Part shown: piece by piece, positions 11,907 to 21,591 of the stretch
Layout: each line of letters starts with the position of its first letter
How positions within the stretch are numbered: the first letter of the stretch is position 1
Assembly (NCBI GenBank): GCA_001179505.1
Contig: CDMY01000770.1
Coordinates: 62,001 to 126,000 of the forward strand
Length of the DNA: 64,000 bases
Origin: Vitrella brassicaformis CCMP3155
Lineage: Eukaryota > Protista > Chromerida
Reading direction: 5' to 3'
The notes under the pieces: generated by a model
What the model saw: only the letters and a program-made list of their open reading frames with translations
The model's database searches: none
What the model was told of the DNA's origin: nothing
Made by a program: the position numbers and the translations under genes

Positions 11907-14150
11907 ATGCTTGTTGAGTTGCATTACCGCACGGGTTGGTCGAAGTGTCTGCTGCACTACTGCCCTTTCGGAGGATCATGGGAGGACGCAATCATGGAGG
12001 TGACGAGCAGAAACAGGACGGCCACGACACCATCTCGCATCAGCGTCTCATTGTGTCTGGTCTGCATGTGCATGTGCGTCTGTGTGGTGCAGGCAGACAA
12101 GCAGGGGTGGGTGAAGGCCCGTGTGGAGCTTAGTGGAGGCGGCATGGAATTCGTATTGCACAACGGACAAGGCGCATGGGACAACCCACCACCCTGGTGC
12201 ACAGAACCAACGCGCACCAGTCGAAGATACAACATTCTGTCTTGGCTCTCTGTGAACGTCTGCGTGCAGGTATGGCCACCCGAACTATCGGCTCGATCTG
12301 CCGTCCCCCCTTCCCCCGGCCCCTCTGAAAGTCACGGTGATGAATGGGCGCGTCTGTCTGCTCGACGGGCCTCGCGTGTTGGTGGCCACCGACCTTGACG
12401 GCACACTTGTGGGCCACGATGACTACCTCGAGGCATTCAAGGAGCACTGGACGGCCTACCACGCATGCAGAGGATCCATCCTGGTGAGGGCCACAGAGGC
12501 AAAGCACGTGCATGCATCAACGGGGAGATCATCCCTCGCTCTTTTTTCCGCTTCGGCAGGTGTATTCGACTGGCCGGAACTTGAAGGACTTTCTTCGCGT
12601 GGCGTGTGAGAAGAAGCTGCTTCGCCCCGACTATGTGGTGTGCGGCGTGGGGACTGAGATCTACACCTTTCCCGACTCGCTCCCGCCCGAGGTGGGCACC
12701 GCTCGGCTGCCGCAGCACCTGGCTGCTCTGGCGAGCAAACACCAGAAGGAGGGCAAGCCGCCACTGGAGGAATTCGACCGTAAGCACGATAGAAAGAAAG
12801 AAGAAGGAATACGTGTGGACGTGCATTCTGTCCTGTTCCTTGGTGTTGCCAGCCACTGTGCAGGATGGCGACATTTGCTATCCGTCGTGGTGTCAGTCGC
12901 GTGCTGGAGCTGTGTTCGATGAGGAGTGGCTGAGCAAGATGGTCGATGAATTTGACCGACCCGCCGTCATTGACGACATACACGTACGCACAGAGGGCAT
13001 GTCGGGGCGGGGCTATGGCAGCCATAATTTGCTTGGCTCGTTTCCTTCAGTCGAAGTTTTCCTGGCTGGATCCGAAGGGCAATCTGTATCATGACCCTTT
13101 CCGCGTGTCGGCCATGGCCAAGGCGGACGACGTCTACACTGACGGACACATTGACGTGAGAAACGAAGGGACATATCTGCTGTGTTGCATTTCATGCGTC
13201 CATGGATGTGATGTGTGGTGTATGCAGTCGTTGCGTCATCACTTCAAGGGCTGCCACATCATCGTCAGCGGCGGGGGCGAGTTCAGGTACTCAGACAGAC
13301 AGACTCACACAGACAGAGACGGGCCGTCTCTTCCTATCGCGTGTCGTTGGGATCTGTGCCATGTGGGTGTGTTGCAGGTATGTTGACGTGACGCCTCACT
13401 CGGCCGGCAAGCTGCGGTCGCTCCTCTACTTGATGGAGAAGCTGTCGTTCGGCCCTCGAGAGGTGCGCACGGCAAAAGCAGCACACATCAGCAGACACAT
13501 TGTATCGCTTCATGTGTGCAGACATTGGTGTGCGGCGATTCGGGCAATGACCTCTTTATGTTCCTGCACCCCGACATCCGCGGCTGCTGCGTCGCCAACT
13601 CACAGCCAGACATGATCGCATTCCTCAAGGTTGGCAGCACACAACAAAACGCATAGCCAGAGGGCAGCGAGCCACACACATCAGGGATGCATGCCTCCTC
13701 AACGTAGGGCGACGCCGAGGAGATGGCCAAGCACCCGCACCTGCAGAACCTGCACGCCCACCACCACGCCCCGCCGCCTCCCTCCAACCCGTCGGCGTCC
13801 ACCAAGGCCACACCCTCATCGAGCGTCCAAGGCGGCGCATCGCCCACCCACAACGACCCATCACTAGAGCCCGAGGCCGAGACCATGACTGAGGAGGACC
13901 GACGGGGGAACAATGCCGCGGCCGCCGAAGACGACACCGAGGAAGAGGACACGCCAGACCCACACAAGAAATCACAGCATGTACGTGTGTGCGGAGAATG
14001 GGGATGGGGCACGGAGGGATGGCGGCGTGTCCGTCTGTCTGTCGTATCAATCAGGTGTGTTTTGCGAGTCGCGATTGCGCTGGTGGCATCTTGGAGTCGC
14101 TGGTTCACCACGGATTCGACAAGGCCGAGAATGTCCGCTTTGCCTACTAG
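11907..14150 (+). CDS. Starch-binding module (CBM25/26/53-like) fused to a sucrose-phosphatase-like HAD-IIB hydrolase
   Basis: The N-terminus LHYRTGW...MEFVLHNGQGAWDNPP is a starch-binding-domain signature. HAD motifs follow: VATDLDGTLVG, VYSTGRN, PDYVVCGVGTEIY, AGKLRSL, CGDSGND and C-terminal FASRDCAGGILESL..HGF. About 10 GT-AG exons, stop at 14148-14150. Confidence 0.85.
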
Positions 14151-14165
14151 CCGAATGAATGCTGC

Positions 14166-14615
14166 CGTGGTGCGAATGTGTAGGCAGGCTGATGTGGCTG
14201 GTCCACGAGATTGTTGTGTGTAGAATCAGTGAGTAGGGAGGATGATAGTGCCTGCTGTGTGCTATTCAGTGAGGTGAGAGCATTCTTTTTGAGTGCGGCA
14301 GTTTTGATCTGACAGTCAGTGGACATGGCACGCCGAACTCACATCAAGACCAACATTAACATAAGGGAAATGACGACAACATAACCAAGAGCCGCCCCAA
14401 GACCACCACACATACACACAGGCTGTCCACACGTGCACACAATAGTATTCTAATTGGCGATTCCGATTCAGTAGACGCACACGTCACTATGGCACAATGA
14501 GATGACACAGCAGCCCGCCACAGTACCCAACTCACTCATACGCGTACACAGTGTGAGTGCCTCTTGGACACCCATATATATCGAATCGAGAACAAATACA
14601 CAGACACTAGCCCTA
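14166..14615. repeat. Duplicated 3' flank of the peptide genes (second copy at about 20189-20650)
   Basis: cgtggtgcgaatgtaggcaggc...gagattgttgtgtgtagaatcagtgagtaggg...tattctaattggcgattccgattcag...gagtgcctcttggacac is shared by both loci. Confidence 0.85.
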
Positions 14616-14658
14616 TCCTCAGACGTACCGATGGCTCGATGGCTGCACGCACGCATCA

Positions 14659-15157
14659 TCAGTTCAGTTGGCGCAGAGGGGCGTCGCGTGGTGCAGTGGC
14701 CTCAACACAGTTGGGATTGCAGTTGGCGAAACAGGCCGATGTAGTGCAGCTGGACGCCGACGTCACCCACACGCATAAGAAGACAGAGCCAGCAGCCAGC
14801 CAATTGGGGGATGAACTTAGACAGCCTACGAGCATTACTCACCTGCTGCAGCACGGCTGGAGGTGGCGCAGAAGAGCGTCATCGCCTGCATCCACCAATG
14901 GCCGAGAAAGGCACAGATAGTGGATTTCATGAGTTGCTCCTGTGTCGGCCGGCGTCGTGTTGACTCACCGCCATGGATGTCGAGCGTCTGCTGGCCGCTC
15001 GCTCCTCTCAGCACATTCCCGACACGGTCATTCTGCACCACATCACACTACAGCTGACTTCGCAGTGTCGGCCTTCCGCTCGTGTGTGTCTCACCTGTGC
15101 GAGTGAAGGCGTGGCCGGCATAGCCAACAGCATGCAGGCAAACCACAAGAGGCTCAT
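14659..15157 (-). CDS. Secreted six-cysteine peptide precursor (module 2 peptide), 86 aa, 4 exons
   Basis: Exons 15157-15095, 15032-14969, 14885-14843 and 14749-14659 (all GT-AG) give MSLLWFACMLLAMPATPSLAQ-NDRVGNVLRGASGQQTLDIHG-GDDALLRHLQPCCS-SCTTSACFANCNPNCVEATAPRDAPLRQLN*. Confidence 0.85.
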
Positions 15158-15290
15158 CTCCGACCTCTGATCTCGTACGGGAAGGTAAATTCATGCCCCC
15201 TTCGCAACGGCAACGAGGAAGGCATCAGAAATGACCACGAGGCTCAGTCACTTGCCGGATGCACGATGGAGTGGTGGCTGATTGAATCGC
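15158..15290. promoter_or_regulatory. Putative bidirectional promoter, module 2
   Basis: 133 bp between divergent ATGs. Contains GTAC (15175), GTAAA (15185) and CGCAACGG (15203). Confidence 0.55.
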
Positions 15291-18200
15291 ATGTGGGGAG
15301 GCTGGCTGATTACAGTACGTGTAGCGGTCATCTTGCTGAGTCAATGGGAGGAAAGAAGGGCGCTGGCTCAGTTCACGACTGCCTGCCTCACGGGCAACAC
15401 CTTTGTTGAAGGCAGGTCAGAGGCCAACCGAAACTGTCTGCCACGTGAGGTGCACACGCGGTGTGATGCCGCGCCACGCTCCTTTCGCTGACTCATTCTG
15501 TTTTGTTTTCCTTCAGCTGTTGAACTGCTGCCGCCTGGGCTTCCAGGCAGTGACGAGCCACCTATGAGATGCGAGCCCAATGCGCTGCTTCCCATCGTCG
15601 ATGACCCCGAGCTCGGCAACTTCGGGCAGTGCCTCTACAATGACGCCGCCGAGGAGTGGCTGCGGATCCAACAAGAAATCGCTCTCAACGACGCGAACAG
15701 ATCGGACACGACGGGTGATGTGACAGCGTCGGGCGAGAACCAATCAATTCTCTGTGGCGAGCCGAGCGGCGTCAATCGCACAAACATCACTGACCTGGGC
15801 ACAGCGGCACTGGGAAGGTATGCACAGCCGATAGGTGATGATGTTCACTAACATTGTGTCTGCCTGTCTGTCAGTTGTCCATCCGATAAGCCCATTTGCG
15901 CGCGGACGAGTGAGTCCCGCTTCTGCTACTGCATCGAGGAGAGCGTGGGTCTGTTTGGCGAGGTGGCAGACGTCGCGCAAGGCGATGTCAACCTTGTCAA
16001 GGGTGTCGTTAGCGGTCAGCCATCGTCCCTGTGCCTCCCTCCTGAGCTGGATCCTTGCTTCAATTCCGTCAACCGCTTCGCTGTGCCGTTCGACTGTGCC
16101 GGCACTCTGCCCGTCGTCGAGAGAAGGGAAGACATTGGGCCAGATGCACGGCAGCAGAGCTTCAAGCCGAACGAGCCGCCCCCAATGCAACAAAATGCGA
16201 CGTTCGCCCAGCTGGTGCCCGGCACTTATCTGTTCGAAGACGTGCACACCGACGCCTACCTGCCAACCATCGAGAACGTGGGTACCAACGTGTCGAGCTG
16301 CATGAGGATTCAGGGCAAAAAGAACGACAGCAATGGGCTTGATGACTTCTTCCTGGACCTCTCATGCGACACGGCAGAGGGCGTCAGCGTGACCCTCCAG
16401 TTCACCTGTCCTCTTACCGGACTGTGTTCTAATCGCACCGAGAACAAACTCATGCCGGCCGTTGCAACGATCCAAGGAGTCATGGTTGTGGAGAAGGCCA
16501 GCAACCCGGCGTGCGAGGGAATTGAGGCGCAGATCGAGGTCACTTTGACTGGCTCGGTGGACGAGTCGGAGTCCCTCATTGCCCAACAATTTGACTACCA
16601 GGACCCGCAGCGGATTCTCATCATCGGCAACGAGACACAGGACGACCTCGTCATTGCACGGACTGTCGTCATACTATCACCTGCGGCGCACACGAGCCTC
16701 GGCGTCATGACATTTCCGGATGATGTGCCGGAGGGGTGTGATGTTTTACTCAACGAGCGGGTCTTTTCAGTGACTTCAGGAGAAACAAGAGCAGGCGGCG
16801 TCCTTGCGTTCGCCACGTCGGGCTATGGAAGAGACGTGTCGACGAGCGAAACCTTCCCCAAGGTACTTGATGATACATTTACACATACACGTGTGCCTGA
16901 ATTTGTCTTTGCATCCTCAGAACCCCTTGGAGGCCAGCGAGTTCGCCATAGCCAACCGAGAGGCGTTTCGGGAGTGCAGTGAGATCTGCGTTGAGGCGGC
17001 AGAGACCTACTGGGAACAGCAGGAGGATGGTCTTGCGGTGTCCAATCAGAAGGAGTCGGGATTCAGTCTGGGCGCAGACCCCGAACGTCAGCTGCTCGGC
17101 GAGAAAGTTCCGACGATTCACTTTCCCCTCTTCTGGCCCGAAGAATCGCCAGACCTGTCCTTCGGCAGCGTCTTGACCGGGGACTTCTTCTTCGTCGAGG
17201 AGGGGCGGCTGAACGACACTTTAGAAAATTGCAGCGTGACAGAGTCCATGCTCGACAACATACCCATTCCCGTGTCTGTCTCTTGCGCCGTCGGCACTGA
17301 TCCCATCGTGCCCTTCCGATCTTTTGAGCTCTTCAACGAGGAGACAGATGTGCAGCTCGACTTGGTGTTGAAGGGCCAATTGTCAAACCTTCAGGACAGA
17401 GAGGGTACATGTACTAGGCAGTCAGAACTTATCATCCAACATGTCCAATGTCTCTGTCTGTCTGTCTATCTGTCTGTCGGTATGTATGACAGTGCTCACA
17501 AATTGTCGCGGACCGAGATTGCAGACGTTTCCGTCCGGCTTTGGAGAGTTTGACGCGGCCTTTCTTGCAGAACTTGCCCGTACCGACATCGTTGGCGAAA
17601 TCACGGCCGTCGCTCTGGCGCCCAACGGGGGGGTTCTCGGAGAGGACACGTGCGTTGCAGCCCAACTAAGGCAATCAAGTAACTTCTCGTGCCGGCATGA
17701 CGGGAAGGATTTAAAAGGCGACCACAACGTCGTGGCAAGCGTCAAAGTGGTGAGAAGGGAAGGTGATGAAACGTCGGTGATATGCAAAGAAACAATAGCA
17801 AAACTCGACAACGATACGATAGCGGAAGACGACGTCACAGTCATTTGGGAACAGGAGTGCGAGATAGGATTTGAGTGCTGTAAGCTACAAGAAGAGGCGT
17901 CACTCGCCTGTCTGCTGTGTACATCCCTGTGGTTTTCTGTCTCAGTTGAGGCATGCCCCGATGCTGTTCTGTCTGCCCCACCCACAGCACAGCCGTCGAT
18001 ATACCGCATGACGGATATCCAGTTCAACAGCTCAGCTCTCGAAGACGGCGACGAACCACCACCTGTCGACCGCTGGTGTCTCCAACTAATAGCCGACACA
18101 GAGACTAAGACTTCTGCTACTGATAAATTCGCGCCCACAGACGAGTCGACGTATTACTTTAGCTGCGAAGGAGGGCTCGCTGATGTGCAAGTGAGGATCC

Positions 18201-19588
18201 GCTACGATCTGGACAGCTTGGATGGTCGCATAGCAGCAATCAATTATTCCAGCAACGATCAGCCGCAGGTGGGCTTTGCGAATGTTGATATCAAGGGGAC
18301 GGTGCGGCAAGTGTGGCCCGAGGAATGCAATGGCACATTGATGTTCGTGGAAGGTAGGTACGGACACAAGGCAGAAATCGCCCTCTCATAAGTTCCTTTG
18401 CTCCCCTGTGTGTTTGCTGTGTGTAGGGACGCTCATTGGTGGTGTTTCCTTCGATCCAGTGGGCAACGAGACCCCGGACCCTGGCAAAGAGAACACCACG
18501 AGGTTCGCACCTGCGATTGCGGACTTGGGGCCTGGTGGGAACCGCACAGGGATCCTTCTTCCGGAAACGTTTGTCACTTCAAGCGTACCGATCGGAAACA
18601 TGCAGTACGCCGTCCTGAATGCCAGCGATGAGTGTGACCAAAGTGCCGCCCAGAGGCTCACGTACAGGCGAGACGGCTTCACGGATCAGGGTGTTGGCTT
18701 CTTTTCTATGCCTGAATTAGAGGTAGGCACAAGCACACATACAATTGCGTCCCCCTCTGGTGCATTTGATGTTCAGATTAAGGACTCATGGGACTCAGAG
18801 GATAATGAAACCGTTCTAGAGCTCAACAGCTTCTTTAGAGTGACTGAGGAAGGAAGGAACATCTCGGAATTCACGTCGTCAATCGCAGGACGGCTGACAG
18901 AAGTGTGTGACATTGGGATTGAAGGTAAGTCAAGAGCACACATTCTCCGCCCTCGTCACGACACTCCAGTACCTGTCGTCTTCTCAGGGGTGCCAGCAGT
19001 GCAGATTCAGTGCCTTCCCCGTGAGCCCATCGTCGTTGATAGCATCGGTCTCTTCACCGAAACTGACGTCAACAACATCAACACCACCAACCTGACAATG
19101 ATCGAGGGCATCGACCTGACAAGGATCGGAGACATCGAGCTGAGGTGACGCGCAGATCTGACAACATTCCATGAAGACACATGTGTTAACTATGTTGCTG
19201 TTTGGCGTTTTTGCGTTGCGTCTCTGCCCTGCAGCACTATCGCGCGAGTGCTGATCAAAGATGGCGATGATGTCAATAGTACCCTCCGCCTCTCAGTCCC
19301 ATACAGCCTCGCATGTTCCGACAACGATATCGAGCGCATCAATCAAGAGACCGACGGGCGCGGCGGGTTTATCGTGCGGACCATTCCATTGACTGCCGAT
19401 GTGGCTCGGATTGACACTGGCGACCTCGTTTTGCGTGTGGAGCAGGATTGTCCTGTGCTTTTAATCTGCGGTACATCGGATGGAAGAAACAGAAGGGGAG
19501 GAGCTCCAAACAGCTTGCCGCCTGTGTGTTTCGATTGTCTCTTGCTGCAGAAGATGCTAAACCCACCCCTGGACCCATGCAGCCATGA
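15291..19588 (+). CDS. Large secreted beta-rich protein, paralog 2 (11 exons)
   Basis: Signal exon MWGGWLITVRVAVILLSQWEERRALAQFTTACL. It is colinear with paralog 1 (LLPIVDDPELGNFGQC, CPSDKPICARTSESRFCYC, NPLEASEF, LTNCRG, EACPD, GTLIGGVSFD) with matching intron positions, and ends EDAKPTPGPMQP*. Confidence 0.85.
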
Positions 19589-20188
19589 GCAACTGAGAAT
19601 CGAGGTGATGTGAGTGTGTTATGGTGTGAAGTGCATTCGAGGCCCCCAATGGGTGGATACACCTCTGTTCAGCCGCACCTCCTGCTGCTACAAGGTCAGG
19701 AGACATCACGCGACAGATGCGAGACTTCTCTCATGTACGTTTTCCCAGATCTCTTCGTTCGTTGTCGGTGTCCCGCTGACCCATCTGCAATGACGGCGGG
19801 CTTATTTGTCTGCTTGTCACCTTTTTGTGCCTCTGCGGGGGCGGGTGCATGCCCTGTGATTTGTGCACATAAGAGGATAATCGTTTGACCCGCCGTTCTC
19901 TCGCTGCTGCTATACTGCAAGAGGTTTGCGGGGACGGCTATGTCAATTGATAGACAGCATTGCATCGCTTCGTGGTGTTGGGTCCGTCGATGGTTTTGTT
20001 ATGAGTGTCCACATGCAATTCAACTCAGATGACTCGTTTTCGAATTGGTGTCAACACACACACACACACACGTGCTTGCCATCCATCAATCGTATAGTGC
20101 CAATGAACAGTTTTCGAGTTGGAGCGTCTATGAATATACTCCATCATCATCTCCCACAACAAACACGAGCTATACCAGCCAACTAGCA

Positions 20189-20650
20189 CGTGGTGCGAAT
20201 GTAGGCAGGCTTATGTGGCTGGTCCACGAGATTGTTGTGTGTAGAATCAGTGAGTAGGGTGATTGTCCCTGCTGTGTGCCTGCCGTGTGCCATTCATGCG
20301 TATGTCAGTGAGGTGAGAGCATTCTTTTTGAGTGCGGCAGTTTTGGTCTGACAGCCAGTGGACATGGCACGCCGAATTCACACTGACACAAACATTAACA
20401 TAAGGGAAATGACGACAACATAACCAAGAGCCGCCCCAAGACCACCACACACACAGGCTGTCCACACATGCACACAATACGATGAAGGACGCGCAAGAAG
20501 TATTCTAATTGGCGATTCCGATTCAGCAGACGCACACGTCACTATGGCACAATGAGATGACACAGCAGCCCGCCATAGGGCCCGTACCCAGTATGAGTGC
20601 CTCTTGGACACGCAATCGAATCGAGAACAAATACACCGACACCTGGCCCG
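20189..20650. repeat. Duplicated 3' flank of the peptide genes (first copy at about 14166-14615)
   Basis: Shares blocks with 14166-14615 and lies immediately downstream of the module 3 peptide gene. Confidence 0.85.
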
Positions 20651-20679
20651 ACCGTCGTACGACGTTTCCCCATCGGAGG

Positions 20680-21386
20680 TCAGTTGGCGCAGCCGGGGTT
20701 GCAACTAGCCCAACAACCCGATGAGGTGCAGCTGAAGGAGAGAGCCAGTCAGCCAGATGAGCCATGCACATACTGTGTCAGATACCAGTGGCGCTGACCT
20801 GCTGCAGCAGGGTGGAAGGCGGCGCAGAGGTGCATCGTCTGGGGCCTCGACACACCCGGGATTGCAATTTGCCCAACAAGACGGTGAGCTGCAGGAACTG
20901 CAGCACTGTAGGCGTCGCACAGGTGTGTCGTCGTGGGCACAGCCAGGGTTGCAGTTCGCAAAGCAGGAAGGCGTAGTGCAGCTGCAAAGATAGCACCACA
21001 GAAAAGCAGGCAGGTGAATAGAGAGGGGGCAATTCATCGATGGAAAAGTACCCGCTACAGCACTGCAGGCGGCGCAGAGGGGCGTCGTCGCCTGCACGAA
21101 GGAACGGCGAGGGAACGCACAGCATGACATCGTGTGAACAGATGGACGGAAGAGTGCTCGTGCGTCGTCGTGCGCGTGTGGCTGACCTTGGTGGACGTCG
21201 TTTGTCTGCTGGCCACTCAGTCGCCCCCGCAGCGCAGTCCCGCCAGACACCTCCTGAGCCAATGTGCACAACATACAGCTGACACACTGTGCCGCACGTG
21301 TGATTGCGTCCCTCCCTCACCTGTCCGAGTGCAGCACTCGTCAACACAACAGCCACAAAGAAGCAGGCACACCACATGAGCGTCAT
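20680..21386 (-). CDS. Multi-core secreted six-cysteine peptide polyprotein (module 3 peptide), 135 aa, 5 exons
   Basis: Exons 21386-21321, 21253-21187, 21091-21052, 20981-20799 and 20731-20680 (all GT-AG, in frame) give MTLMWCACFFVAVVLTSAALGQ-EVSGGTALRGRLSGQQTNDVHQ-GDDAPLRRLQCCSG-CTTPSCFANCNPGCAHDDTPVRRLQCCSSCSSPSCWANCNPGCVEAPDDAPLRRLPPCCSS-CTSSGCWASCNPGCAN*. Confidence 0.9.
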
Positions 21387-21591
21387 GACGACAGAGAGGA
21401 GCGGTTCTACCAAAGCGAGCTCACGTACACCGCGTAAATTTCCACTCTGGCCGCAACGGAACTTGCTCGAGCTGTGACAGACGATGAGACGGAAGCCCAC
21501 AGGCACACACGAGCTCAAGTGCCTCGTGAGGGCCCGAGTTTGCTTCAGAAAGGGCAGGGCTGAATGACCAAGCGGACCAAGCATCGGTCGC
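21387..21591. promoter_or_regulatory. Putative bidirectional promoter, module 3
   Basis: 205 bp between divergent ATGs. Contains GTAC (21425), GTAAA (21434) and CGCAACGG (21452). Confidence 0.55.

Noticed and set aside
14290-14430. Possible extra spliced mini-gene in the duplicated flank (MWWSWGGSWLCC.../IKTAALKKN...)
   Set aside because: The ATG and donor are not conserved in the second copy, and no coherent product results.
20523-20576. Short Cys-rich ORF MAGCCVISLCHSDVCVC in the peptide-gene flank
   Set aside because: It has no signal peptide and no splice support, and the duplicate near 14470-14520 lacks the ATG. It is probably 3' UTR sequence.
20757-21127. Plus-strand reading of the repeat (QPGLQFAQQ...LQHCRRRRGASS) as a repetitive protein, and likewise at 14564-14920
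   Set aside because: It is interrupted by stops and has no start or splice support. The minus strand gives a perfectly spliced signal-peptide precursor, so this is its antisense shadow.
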